A DNA stretch of 64,000 nt from Flectonema sp. DT1601 (taxonomy: Eukaryota), in assembly GCA_964019425.1 (NCBI GenBank), contig OZ025795.1, forward strand, positions 372,001 to 436,000, read 5' to 3'. The notes under the pieces are model-generated. The model was not told where the DNA came from. It saw only the letters and a list, made by a program, of their open reading frames with translations, and ran no database searches. The translations under genes were made by a program, and so were the position numbers. Positions 12,389 to 25,000 of this stretch are shown piece after piece (positions within the stretch are counted from its first letter, which is position 1; the number at the start of each line of letters is the position of its first letter).

Positions 12389-15300
12389 TGTTTGCAGCTG
12401 GCAGTTTTTCGAAACTTTGCGTGTGGAGCTGGCAGTTCTTTGAAACTTTTTGCTTGCAGCTGGTGGTTTTTTAAAACTTTGTGTGTGGAGCTAGTGGTTT
12501 TTCAAAACTTCGCGTGTGGAGCTGGCAGTTTTTCGAAACTTTTTGTTGTGTGGAGCTGGTGGTTTTTCAAAACTTTGCGTGTGGAGCTGGCAGTTTTTTG
12601 AAACTTTGCGTGTGGAGCTGGTAGTTTTTTGAAACTTTGCATGTGGAGCTGGCAGTTTTTTGAAACTTTTTGTTTGGAGCTGGTGGTTTTTTAAAACTTT
12701 TTGTGTGGAGCTGGCAGTTTTTCGAAACTTTTTGTTTGCAGCTGGTGGTTTTTCGAAACTTTGCGTGTGGATCTGGTAGTTTTTTAAAACTTTGTGTGTG
12801 GAGCTGGTGGTTTTTCGAAACCTCAAAACTTTGCGTGTGGAGCTGGCAGTTTTCTCAAATTTTGTGTGGAGCTGGTGGTTTTTCAAAACTTTTTGTTTGC
12901 AGCTGGCAGTTTTTCGAAACTTTGCGTGTGGAACTGGCAGTTTTTTGAAACTTTTTGTTTGCAGCTGGCAGTTTTTCGAAACTTTGCGTGTGGAGCTGGT
13001 GGTTTTTCGAAACCTCAAAACTTTGCGTGTGGAGCTGGCAGTTTTCTCAAATTTTGTGTGGAGCTGGTGGTTTTTCAAAACTTTTTGTTTGCAGCTGGCA
13101 GTTTTTCGAAACTTTGCGTGTGGAACTGGCAGTTTTTTGAAACCTTTTGTTTGCAGCTGGTGGTTTTTTAAAACTTTGTGTGTGGAGCTGGTGGTTTTTC
13201 AAAGCTTCGCGTGTGGAGCTGGCAGTTTTTCGAAACTTTTTGTTTGCAGCTGGTGGTTTTTCGAAACTTTGCGTGTGGATCTGGTAGTTTTTTAAAACTT
13301 TGTGTGTGGAGCTGGTGGTTTTTCGAAACCTCAAAACTTTGCGTGTGGAGCTGGCAGTTTTTTGAAACTTTTTGTTTGCAGCTGGCAGTTTTTCAAAACT
13401 TTGCGTGTGGAGCTGGCAGTTTTCTCAAATTTTGTGTGGAGCTGGTGGTTTTTCAAAACTTTTTGTTTGCAGCTGGCAGTTTTTCGAAACTTTGCGTGTG
13501 GAGCTGGCAGTTTTTTGAAACTTTTTGTTTGCAGCTGGCAGTTTTTCGAAACTTTGCGTGTGGAACTGGCAGTTTTTTGAAACTTTTTGTTTGCAGCTGG
13601 CAGTTTTTCGAAACTTTGCGTGTGGAGCTGGCAGTTTTTTGAAACCTTTTGTTTGCAGCTGGTGGTTTTTTAAAACTTTGCATGTGGAGCTGGCAGTTTT
13701 TTGAAACTTTTTGTTTGGAGCTGGTGGTTTTTTAAAACTTTTTGTGTGGAGCTGGCAGTTTTTCGAAACTTTTTGTTTGCAGCTGGTGGTTTTTCGAAAC
13801 TTTGCGTGTGGATCTGGTAGTTTTTTAAAACTTTGTGTGTGGAGCTGGTGGTTTTTCGAAACCTCAAAACTTTGCGTGTGGAGCTGGCAGTTTTCTCAAA
13901 TTTTGTGTGGAGCTGGTGGTTTTTCAAAACTTTTTGTTTGCAGCTGGCAGTTTTTCGAAACTTTGCGTGTGGAGCTGGCAGTTTTTTGAAACTTTTTGTT
14001 TGCAGCTGGCAGTTTTTCGAAACTTTGCGTGTGGAGCTGGCAGTTTTTTGAAACTTTTTGTTTGCAGCTGGCAGTTTTTCGAAACTTTGCGTGTGGAACT
14101 GGCAGTTTTTTGAAACTTTTTGTTTGCAGCTGGCAGTTTTTCGAAACTTTGCGTGTGGAGCTGGCAGTTTTTTGAAACCTTTTGTTTGCAGCTGGTGGTT
14201 TTTTAAAACTTTGCATGTGGAGCTGGCAGTTTTTTGAAACTTTTTGTTTGGAGCTGGTGGTTTTTTAAAACTTTTTGTGTGGAGCTGGCAGTTTTTCGAA
14301 ACTTTTTGTTTGCAGCTGGTGGTTTTTCGAAACTTTGCGTGTGGATCTGGTAGTTTTTTAAAACTTTGTGTGTGGAGCTGGTGGTTTTTCGAAACCTCAA
14401 AACTTTGCGTGTGGAGCTGGCAGTTTTCTCAAATTTTGTGTGGAGCTGGTGGTTTTTCAAAACTTTTTGTTTGCAGCTGGCAGTTTTTCGAAACTTTGCG
14501 TGTGGAGCTGGCAGTTTTTTGAAACTTTTTGTTTGCAGCTGGCAGTTTTTCGAAACTTTGCGTGTGGAGCTGGCAGTTTTTTGAAACTTTTTGTTTGCAG
14601 CTGGCAGTTTTTCGAAACTTTGCGTGTGGAGCTGGCAGTTTTTTGAAACCTTTTGTTTGCAGCTGGTGGTTTTTTAAAACTTTGCATGTGGAGCTGGCAG
14701 TTTTTTGAAACTTTTTGTTTGGAGCTGGTGGTTTTTTAAAACTTTTTGTGTGGAGCTGGCAGTTTTTCGAAACTTTTTGTTTGCAGCTGGTGGTTTTTCG
14801 AAACTTTGCGTGTGGATCTGGTAGTTTTTTAAAACTTTGTGTGTGGAGCTGGTGGTTTTTCGAAACCTCAAAACTTTGCGTGTGGAGCTGGCAGTTTTTT
14901 GAAACTTTTTGTTTGCAGCTGGCAGTTTTTCAAAACTTTGCGTGTGGAGCTGGCAGTTTTCTCAAATTTTGTGTGGAGCTGGTGGTTTTTCAAAACTTTG
15001 CGTGTGGAACTGGCAGTTTTTTGAAACTTTTTGTTTGCAGCTGGCAGTTTTTCGAAACTTTGCGTGTGGAGCTGGCAGTTTTTTGAAACTTTTTGTTTGC
15101 AGCTGGCAGTTTTTCGAAACTTTGCGTGTGGAGCTGGCAGTTTTTTGAAACTTTTTGTTTGCAGCTGGCAGTTTTTCGAAACTTTGCGTGTGGAGCTGGC
15201 AGTTATTTGAAACTTTTTGTTTGCAGCTGGTGGTTTTTTAAAACATTGTGTGTGGAGCTGGTGGTTTTTCAAAACTTTTTGTGTGGAGCTGGCAGTTTTT

Positions 15301-16008
15301 TGAAACTTTTTGTTTGCAGCTGGTGGTTTTTTAAAACTTTGCGTGTGGAGCTGGCAGTTTTCTCAAATTTTGTGTGGAGCTGGTGGTTTTTCAAAACTTT
15401 GCTTGTGGAACTGGCAGTTTTTCAAAACTTTGCGTGTGGAGCTGGCAGTTTTTTAAAACTTTGCGTGTGGAGCTGGTGGTTTTTCAAAACTTTTCGTGTG
15501 GAGCTGGCAGTTTTTCAAAACTTTGCGTGTGGAGCTAGTGGTTTTTCAAAATTTTTTGTTTGCAGCTGGTGGTTTTTTAAAACTTTGTGTGTGGAGCTGG
15601 TGGTTTTTCAAAACTTCGCGTGTGGAGCTGGCAGTTTTTTGAAACTTTTTGTTTGGAGCTGGTGGTTTTTTGAAACTTTGCGTGTGTAGCTGGCAGTTTT
15701 TCAAAGCTTTGCGTATGGAGCTGGCAGTTTTTCAAAACTTCGCGTGTGGAGCTGGTGGTTTTCTCAGATTTAGTGTGGAGCTGGCAGTTTTTTGAAACTT
15801 TTTGTTTGGAGCTGGTGGTTTTTTGAAACTTTGCGTGTGGAGCTGGCAGTTTTTCAAAACTTTGCGTATGGAGCTGGCAGTTTTTCAAAACTTTGCGTGT
15901 GGAGCTGGTGGTTTTCTCAGATTTAGTGTGGAGCTGGCAGTTTTTTGAAACTTTTTGTTTGGAGCTGGTGGTTTTTTGAAACTTTGCGTGTGGAGCTGGC
16001 AGTTTTTC
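12389..16008. repeat. 31-bp satellite, block 1
   Basis: Tandem AAACTTTGCGTGTGGAGCTGGCAGTTTTTTG and variants; a 533-bp higher-order period is visible from recurring ORFs (13670/14203). Confidence 0.97.
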
Positions 16009-17608
16009 GTCGCGGGCAGTGTTACCTCAGTTTGCTACTCTCGTATCTGTGTTGTGTTAACTCATGTAAGTGATCTTAACTCCTGTTAAATAAAAAAAAA
16101 AAAAAAAAAAAAAAAAAGAAATTAAAAAAGAAGAATTTTCAAATGAAGTTATATCAACCCCTGCCACCCATTATGATCAATTCCGCTTGTTTTTTTTTTT
16201 TTTTTTCTTTCTTTTCTTCAAATATAAAAAAAAAATTAAAAAATATAAAAGATGAAACAATGTTATCATTGTTTTTTTTATCGATCGACTATGTCGATTA
16301 CTTCCAGTTTTCCGTCCTGGTCAAGACGCTAAACTGATTGTTTTTTTTTTTTTTTCAAAATTAATAAAAAGAATATAAAAAAAAAAAAAAAAAAAGAATA
16401 AACAATGTTATCATTGTTTTTTTTTTATCGTTCGACTTTGTCGACTAATTTCTATTTTCCGTTTCTTTTCTTTAAAGAATAAATAAAAAGAATTTAAAAT
16501 AAAAAAAAAGAATAAACAATGTTATCATTGTTTTTTTATCGATCGACTATGTCGATTACTTTCTATTTTCCGTCCTGGTCAAGACGCTAAACTGATTGTT
16601 TTTTTTTTTTCAAAATTAATAAAAAAGAATAAAAAAAATACAAAAAAAAGAATAAACAATGTTATCATTGTTTTTTTTATCGTTCGACTTTGTCGACTAA
16701 TTTCTATTTTCCGTTTTTTTTTTTTCTTTAAAAAATAAATAAAAAGAATTTAAAATAAAAAAAAAGAATAAACAACGTTATCATTGTTTTTTTATCGATC
16801 GACTATGTCGATCACTTTCTATTTTCCGTCCTGGTCAAGACGCTAAACTGATTGTTTTTTTTTCAAAATTAATAAAAAAGAATATTAAAAAAAATACAAA
16901 AAAAAAAGAATAAACAATGTTATCATTGTTTTTTTTTATCGTTCGACTTTGTCGACTAATTTCTATTTTCCGTTTTTTTTCTTTAAAAAATAAATAAAAA
17001 GAATTTAAATAAAAAAAAAGAATAAACAATGTTATCATTGTTTTTTTATCGATCGACTATGTCGATCACTTTCTATTTTCCGTCCTGGTCAAGACGCTAA
17101 ACTGATTGTTTTTTTTTTCAAAATTAATAAAAAAGAATATAAAAAAAAAAAAAAAAAAGAATAAACAATGTTATCATTGTTTTTTTTTATCGTTCGACTT
17201 TGTCGACTAATTTCTATTTTCCGTTTCTTTTCTTTAAAGAATAAATAAAAAGAATTTAAAATAAAAAAAAAGAATAAACAATGTTATCATTGTTTTTTTT
17301 TATCGTTCGACTTTGTCGACTAATTTCTATTTTCCGTTTTTTTTCTTTAAAAAATAAATAAAAAGAATTTAAAATAAAAAAAAAGAATAAACAATGTTAT
17401 CATTGTTTTTTTTATCGATCGACTATGTCGATCACTTTCTATTTTCCGTCCTGGTCAAGACGCTAAACTGATTGTTTTTTTTTTTTCAAAATTAATAAAA
17501 AAGAATATAAAAAAATACAAAAAAAAGAATAAACAATGTTATCATTGTTTTTTTTATCGTTCGACTTTGTCGACTAATTTCTATTTTCCGTTTTTTTTTT
17601 CTTTAAAA

Positions 17609-18377
17609 CATAGATGGAAGTGCCCTACAATTTGGAGGGCGTGTAGGGCGCTTGTAGGGCGCTTTTAATATAAATATTATTTTGGAGGGCGCTTTTTTTT
17701 ACCTTTTTTATTACTATAAGACAGCTAAATTGACGTCGACTTACACTGACGCACAAGTATTTTGACGCAGAAGCCAAAAAAAAATTTTGACATGCTTGGC
17801 AGTCTTTCGAAAAAGAGAAAAAAGGGTGTCACGGGGTTCGAACCCGAGACCTCCAGGTCATGGTTCGGAGGTCAGCAATGGCAAAAACAATGGGCCACTC
17901 CTTGAGAGCTTCCGGAGCCTGCTGCAATCCCTGAAGCTGAAACTCATTTCAGTGGACGATGCATCCCAGATCTACAAGGAACTAATAGCCCGCAGAATGC
18001 ACCGAGTCGAATATAGAGGGATTCGAGGAGGGAGAGTGCGTTCTTGCTAACCTGTTAATAGGCCGGTCTTCACGGTACCTTGTGAGAAAAAAAAGAAGTT
18101 TACTGGTGGCAAGTAAACTGATATCCCAGAGACGCATTTGATCGGGCGAACCGGAGAAAAGTCAAATAAGATGCGATTCGACCCTCGCTGAGGGCAGGGG
18201 TGTGTCAAAATGAACTCGGCATTATATTAAATTTAATTAAAAAAGCGCCCTACGCGCCCTCCAGCGCCCTATTTTGGCCCTATTTTGGCCCTACAATGGC
18301 CCTATTTTGGCCCTACAAATTTTTGAGGCTGATTTTCACCAGGCGCCCTCCAAATTTGGAGGGCACTTCCATCTATG
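17609..18377. mobile_element. MITE / non-autonomous TIR element (769 bp)
   Basis: TIR CATAGATGGAAGTGCCCT / AGGGCACTTCCATCTATG, extending imperfectly inward with AGGGCG / GGCCCTA subrepeats; flanked by a TTAAAA duplication whose removal restores the satellite. Confidence 0.9.
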
Positions 18378-19411
18378 TTAAAAAATAAATAAAAAGAATT
18401 TAAAATAAAAAAAAGAATAAACAATGTTATCATTGTTTTTTTATCGATCGACTATGTCGATCACTTTCTATTTTCCGTCCTGGTCAAGACGCTAAACTGA
18501 TTGTTCTTTTTTCAAAATTAATAAAAAAGAATAATAAAAAAAATACAAAAAAAAAAGAATAAACAATGTTATCATTGTTTTTTTTTATCGTTCGACTTTG
18601 TCGACTAATTTCTATTTTCCGTTTTTTTTCTTTAAAAAATAAATAAAAAGAATTTAAAATAAAAAAAAAGAATAAACAATGTTATCATTGTTTTTTTATC
18701 GATCGACTATGTCGATCACTTTCTATTTTCCGTCCTGGTCAAGACGCTAAACTGATTGTTTTTTTTTTTTCAAAATAAAAAAAAATATTTAAAAAAAAAA
18801 AATAAAAAAAAAGAATAAACAATGTTATCATTGTTTTTTTTATCGTTCGACTTTGTTGACTAATTTCTATTTTCTGTTTTTTTTTTCAAAATAAAAAAAA
18901 ATATTTAAAAAAAAAAAATAAAAAAAAAGAATAAACAATGTTATCATTGTTTTTTTATCGATCGACTATGTCGATCACTTTCTATTTTCCGTCCTGGTCA
19001 AGACGCTAAACTGATTGTTTTTTTTTCAAAATAAAAAAAATATTAAAAAAAAAAAAATAAAAAAAAAAGAATAAACAATGTTATCATTGTTTTTTTTTAT
19101 CGTTCGACTTTGTTGACTAATTTCTATTTTCCGTTTTTTTTTCTTTAAAAAATAAATAAAAAGAATTTAAAAAAAAAAAAAAAAAAAAAGAATAAACAAT
19201 GTTATCATTGTTCTTTTTATCGATCGACTATGTCGATTACTTTCTATTTTCCGTCCTGGTCAAGACGCTAAACTGATTGTTTTTTTTTTCAAAATTAATA
19301 AAAAAGAATATAAAAAAAATAAAATAAAAAAGAATAAACAATGTTATCATTGTTTTTTTTTATCGTTCGACTTTGTTGACTAATTTCTATTTTCCTTTTT
19401 TTTCTTTTTAA

Positions 19412-21136
19412 CCCATTACGGACGGGGGTAAAACCCGGTTTTTGGACTTTTTTTGAAAAAAGAGCTAACGGGGAAAAGGGGTAGGGGGGCTCGGAAAGGT
19501 GATGTGACAAAGTGAACCGCCATTGCCTGCCCGTTAAAAATACACACACATTCACCACCTAAAGGGTGAACAGAACAAATGAAAACACCACCAAAGACAA
19601 AAATAAGCTCAGTTCTTATGACTCCTTGCGCCTCTTCAATTTTGATGTTGTTGTGAGTGCAGGGGTCTTCCCCTTAGTACATTCTTCCCGGATAGCACCT
19701 CCCGACACAGAGGTAGTGGTATGGGACGCAAATGTTCTCCCCTTTGTAAGATTTAAGTGGTATTTGCCAAAACAGGGTGCAGGACACATAAAAACCTCAC
19801 ACCCCTGGCATCCATAAGTAGTCCTCACTCGAGTATTGTGTTTAGCAGTGCCAAATATTGATGGATAATGCTCAGTGGTGCTGAACATGTGTGAAAAGTG
19901 CGAACCCGGGTCAATAGTAGATGTAGTATTGGTTGTCTTGTCTCTCGACGTCCCGTCACTGACGAGTTGCATAGCGAGCTCCTCTACATACCGTGTGTAG
20001 GTACCAGTATCCTTACCGCATTTCCTTTGAAGGGTAAACGTGTTGAACATCGAAACTTTCAGCAAGTAGTCGAAAACCTTTAGATGCCATCGTTTAGTTT
20101 GAAGGTTTCTGTTCGCCCTTGCCTTCACGCTATCCATCAGGTCAACACCTCCCATCGTCTTGTTGTACCTGTCTACCTGCACCGGTAGTTTGATCGGCAC
20201 TTTTTCTTTTTTATTTCTCTTCCTAATCCAGCGATATACATCGACACGGTGCTCACGTAAGGGAAGAGTACTGAAAAGATGCACATCCTTTGAGTCTCTC
20301 CACTTTATATGGTGGATAAGGTGCTTGACTGAAGGTAAGAAGCAGTAAGATTCTTCGGTCTTTCTTTCACTTCCGATTTGCTTAGTCGTCCGGTCCAGGG
20401 GTAGCCTTCGGTTTTGTAACATCAACAGAACTCCCTTTCTGTTCCGTCAGGCTGTTCCAACACAGTGGAACCCTTTCGCCAACATCAAAACAAGAAATGC
20501 GTATGACGAATTGAAATTGTCAAACGTCACCCAATGCCCTTTATTATTATGGGGTTTAACAAGACTATGAACATAAGAAGCAGGAATGTGTTTGTTAGCA
20601 GTGTGGAAATTACGGAGAAAGCATTTCAGTTCACCAACTTCTAGTGACTTCATGGACGTCTCTTTGTCAATCGGGTAGGTAAGAGTGTGTCGAAATATCA
20701 TTTTAAGCACATGATCAGTGAAAATGAGTTGGATGCCTTCAATTCGCTCATTTCATTAAAGTCGCTCACACTCTGGGTAGGTCCTTTCCGTTTTTTCCTG
20801 GGGATTCTCTTGGTTTTGCCCCCCCACTTGATACCTTTGCTGTGTTGCTGTCAGATGACGACTCCGATACAGAATCCATCATCATCAGACCTTCATTGGA
20901 CGCCGAACTTGTATTAATTTCAACAGGCACACGAAACTTCTTGTTAGGTGGTAAAATTTCGATTATTAGTTTTGAATTTCATGAATAAAAACACAGCGAA
21001 CCACGCCATCCCACCCAAGATTCGTCGCGAAACGGCCTCGATTACACCCCCCCTGGGTAGCGTTAGCCGGGTTTTCCCCTTAGCGAAAATAAAATTTCAA
21101 AATAACCACTGTAGTGGACCTCCCGTCCTTAATGGG
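19412..21136 (-). mobile_element. Defective piggyBac transposon (1725 bp)
   Basis: TTAA on both sides (19408-19411, 21137-21140); TIR CCCATTACGGACGGG / CCCGTCCTTAATGGG (14 of 15 match). Confidence 0.93.
19616..20710 (-). pseudogene. Broken piggyBac DDD transposase
   Basis: WVTFDNFNSS..GFHCVGT in one ORF; YNKTMGGVDLMD, KRWHLKVF and C-terminal CQGCEVFMCPAPCFGKYH in the next. Split and too short for a full enzyme. Confidence 0.88.
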
Positions 21137-21778
21137 TTAAAAATAAATAAAAAGAATTAAAATAAAAAAAAAAAAAGAATAAACAATGTTATCATTGTTT
21201 TTTTTATCGATCGACTATGTCGATTACTTTCTATTTTCCGTCCTGGTCAGGACGCTAAACTGATTGTTTTTTCTTTAAAAATAAATAAAAAGAATAAAAA
21301 AAAAAAAAAAAGGAATAAACAATGTTATCATTGTTTTTTTTTTTATCGATCGACTATGTCGATTACTTACTATTTTCCGTCCTGGTCAAGACGCTAAACT
21401 GATTGTTTTTTCTTTAAAATAATTAAAAGGATTTAAAAAAAAAAAAAAAAAAAAAAGAATAAACAATGTTATCATTGTTTTTTTTCTATCGATCAACTAT
21501 GTCGATTAATTTCTATTTTCCGTCCTGATCGAGACGCTAAACTGATTGTTTCCTTTTTTTAAATAATAAATAAAAAAAAAAAAAAAAAAAAAAGAGCATC
21601 TCCCTGCTATCCCTCATATCCCCACAATAATATTATACCTTTTCATTTTCTCTTTCCTTTTCTGGTCTTTTTTTTTCTTTTTTTTTCCTTTTTCATACAA
21701 CGTTTTTTTATTTATATATATATATATTTTTTTTTTTTTTTTCATGTTTGATTATTTCCTCTTCATTTTTTTTTTTTC

Positions 21779-21809
<31 letters not shown>

Positions 21810-22006
21810 CTCTGCCTCTCTCTTAATTCTGTTCGTTTCTTTGAAACGAAAATTCATTTGAATATTATTCCTTGGTCAGCAACCATCATTGTCGCCCTTT
21901 GGGCCTGTTAAAAAAAATAAAAATAAAAAGAAAGTTTACATCGGGAATAGGGCAGGAGCCAAAAGCTCCCAGTCCGTTACTTCCCACTTTATCGAAATTC
22001 AGCTTT

Positions 22007-25000
22007 AAACTTTGCGTGTGGAGCTGGCAGTTTTTTGAAACTTTTTGTTTGCAGCTGGTGGTTTTTTAAAACTTTGCGTGTGGAGCTGGTGGTTTTTTGA
22101 AACTTTTTGTTTGCAGCTGGTGGTTTTTTTAAACTTTGTGTGTGGAGCTGGCAGTTTTTTGAAACTTTTTGTTTGCAGCTGGCAGTTTTTCAAAACTTTG
22201 CGTGTGGATCTGGTAGTTTTTTAAAACTTTGTGTGGAGCTGGTGGTTTTTCGAAACCTCAAAACTTTGCGTGTGGACAGCTGGTGGTTTTTTAAAACTTT
22301 GTGTGTGGAGCTGGCAGTTTTTTGAAACTTTGCGTGTGGAGCTGGCAGTTTTTTGAAACTTTTTGTTTGCAGCTGGCAGTTTTTCAAAACTTTGCGTGTG
22401 GAGCTGGCAGTTTTCTCAAATTTTGTGTGGAGCTGGTAGTTTTTCAAAACTTTTTGTTTGCAGCTGGCAGTTTTTTGAAACTTTGCGTGTGGAGCTGGCA
22501 GTTTTTCAAAACTTTGCGTGTGGATCTGGTAGTTTTTTAAAACTTTGTGTGGAGCTGGTGGTTTTTCGAAACCTCAAAACTTTGCGTGTGGAGCTGGCAG
22601 TTTTCTCAAATTTTGTGTGGAGCTGGTGGTTTTTCAAAACTTTTTGTTTGCAGCTGGCAGTTTTTCGAAACTTTGCGTGTGGAACTGGCAGTTTTTTGAA
22701 ACTTTTTGTTTGCAGCTGGCAGTTTTTTGAAACTTTGCGTGTGGAGCTGGCAGTTTTTTGAAACTTTTTGTTTTCAGCTGGTGGTTTTTTAAAACTTTGT
22801 GTGTGGAGCTGGTGGTTTTTCAAAACTTCGCGTGTGGAGCTGGCAGTTTTTTGAAACCTTTTGTTTGGAGCTGGTGGTTTTTTGAAACTTTGCGTGTGGA
22901 GCTGGCAGTTTTTCAAAACTTCGCGTGTGGAGCTGGCAGTTTTTTGAAACTTTGTGTGTGGAGCTGGCAGTTTTTTGAAACTTTTTGTTTGGAGCTGGTG
23001 GTTTTTTGAAACTTTGCGTGTGGAGCTGGCAGTTTTTCAAAACTTTGCGTGTGGAGCTGGCAGTTTTTTGAAACTTTGTGTGTGGAGCTGGCAGTTTTTT
23101 GAAACTTTTTGTTTGCAGCTGGTGGTTTTTTAAAACTTTGTGTGTGGAGCTGGTGGTTTTTCAAAACTTCGCGTGTGGAGCTGGTGGTTTTCTCAGATTT
23201 AGTGTGGAGCTGGCAGTTTTTTGAAACTTTTTGTTTGCAGCTGGTGGTTTTTTAAAACTTTGTGTGTGGAGCTGGTGGTTTTTCAAAACTTCGCGTGTGG
23301 AGCTGGTGGTTTTCTCAGATTTAGTGTGGAGCTGGCAGTTTTTTGAAACTTATTGTTTTCAGCTGGCAGTTTTTTGAAACTTTGTGTGTGGAGCTGGCAG
23401 TTTTTTGAAACTTTGCGTGTGGAGCTGGTGGTTTTTCAAAACTTCGCGTGTGGAGCTGGCAGTTTTTTGAAACTTATTGTTTTCAGCTGGCAGTTTTTTG
23501 AAACTTTGCGTGTGGAGCTGGCAGTTTTTTGAAACTTTGTGTGTGGAGCTGGCAGTTTTTTGAAACTTTTTGTTTGCAGCTGGTGGTTTTTTAAAACTTT
23601 GTGTGTGGAGCTGGTGGTTTTTCAAAACTTCGCGTGTGGAGCTGGTGGTTTTCTCAGATTTAGTGTGGAGCTGGCAGTTTTTTGAAACTTATTGTTTTCA
23701 GCTGGCAGTTTTTTGAAACTTTGTGTGTGGAGCTGGCAGTTTTTTGAAACTTTGCGTGTGGAGCTGGTGGTTTTTCAAAACTTCGCGTGTGGAGCTGGCA
23801 GTTTTTTGAAACTTATTGTTTTCAGCTGGCAGTTTTTTGAAACTTTGCGTGTGGAGCTGGCAGTTTTCTCAAATTTTGTGTGGAGCTGGTGGTTTTTCAA
23901 AACTTTTTGTTTGCAGCTGGCAGTTTTTCGAAACTTTGCGTGTGGAACTGGCAGTTTTTTGAAACTTTTTGTTTGCAGCTGGCAGTTTTTTGAAACTTTG
24001 CGTGTGGAGCTGGCAGTTTTTTGAAACTTTTTGTTTTCAGCTTGTGGTTTTTTAAAACTTTGTGTGTGGAGCTGGTGGTTTTTCAAAACTTCGCGTGTGG
24101 AGCTGGCAGTTTTTTGAAACTTTGTGTGTGGAGCTGGCAGTTTTTTGAAACTTTTTGTTTGCAGCTGGTGGTTTTTTGAAACTTTGCGTGTGGAGCTGGC
24201 AGTTTTTCAAAACTTTGCGTGTGGAGCTGGCAGTTTTTTGAAACTTTGTGTGTGGAGCTGGCAGTTTTTTGAAACTTTGCGTATGGAGCTGGTGGTTTTT
24301 CAAAACTTCGCGTGTGGAGCTGGCAGTTTTTTGAAACTTTGTGTGTGGAGCTGGCAGTTTTTTGAAACTTTTTGTTTGCAGCTGGTGGTTTTTTGAAACT
24401 TTGCGTGTGGAGCTGGCAGTTTTTTGAAACTTATTGTTTTCAGCTGGCAGTTTTTTGAAACTTTGTGTGTGGAGCTGGCAGTTTTTTGAAACTTTTTGTT
24501 TGCAGCTGGTGGTTTTTTAAAACTTTGTGTGTGGAGCTGGTGGTTTTTCAAAACTTCGCGTGTGGAGCTGGTGGTTTTCTCAGATTTAGTGTGGAGCTGG
24601 CAGTTTTTTGAAACTTTTTGTTTGCAGCTGGTGGTTTTTTAAAACTTTGTGTGTGGAGCTGGTGGTTTTTCAAAACTTCGCGTGTGGAGCTGGTGGTTTT
24701 CTCAGATTTAGTGTGGATCTGGCAGTTTTTTGAAACTTTGTGTGTGGAGCTGGCAGTTTTTTGAAACTTTTTGTTTGCAGCTGGTGGTTTTTTAAAACTT
24801 TGCGTGTGGAGCTGGCAGTTTTTCAAAACTTTGCGTGTGGAGCTGGCAGTTTTTTGAAACTTTGTGTGTGGAGCTGGCAGTTTTTTGAAACTTTTTGTTT
24901 GCAGCTGGTGGTTTTTTAAAACTTTGTGTGTGGAGCTGGTGGTTTTTCAAAACTTCGCGTGTGGAGCTGGTGGTTTTCTCAGATTTAGTGTGGAGCTGGC

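Larger units (their letters stand above)
16255..21560. repeat. Family A satellite: alternating ~110-125-bp alpha/beta monomers (~235-240-bp dimer)
   Basis: Repeated AAACAATGTTATCATTGTTT followed by either ATCGATCGACTATGTCGAT..CCGTCCTGGTCAAGACGCTAAACTG (alpha) or ATCGTTCGACTTTGTCGACTAATTTC (beta); interrupted by the MITE and piggyBac. Confidence 0.95.
16010..22000. mobile_element. Family A element copy 1: unique left end, AT-rich satellite body and about 450-bp terminal region ending ATCGAAATTC, inserted in the 31-bp satellite
   Basis: 31-bp satellite lies on both sides in nearly continuous phase; the terminal region recurs at 33566, 42344 and 60278 with the same end. Confidence 0.7.

Noticed and set aside
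12389..16008. Telomerase-type telomeric repeat
   Set aside because: Heterogeneous 31-bp monomers with higher-order structure at an internal position; no short canonical telomere motif.
16255..22000. CRISPR-like look (palindromic repeats plus leader)
   Set aside because: Intervening sequences are repeated A/T tracts, not unique spacers; no cas genes; eukaryotic context.
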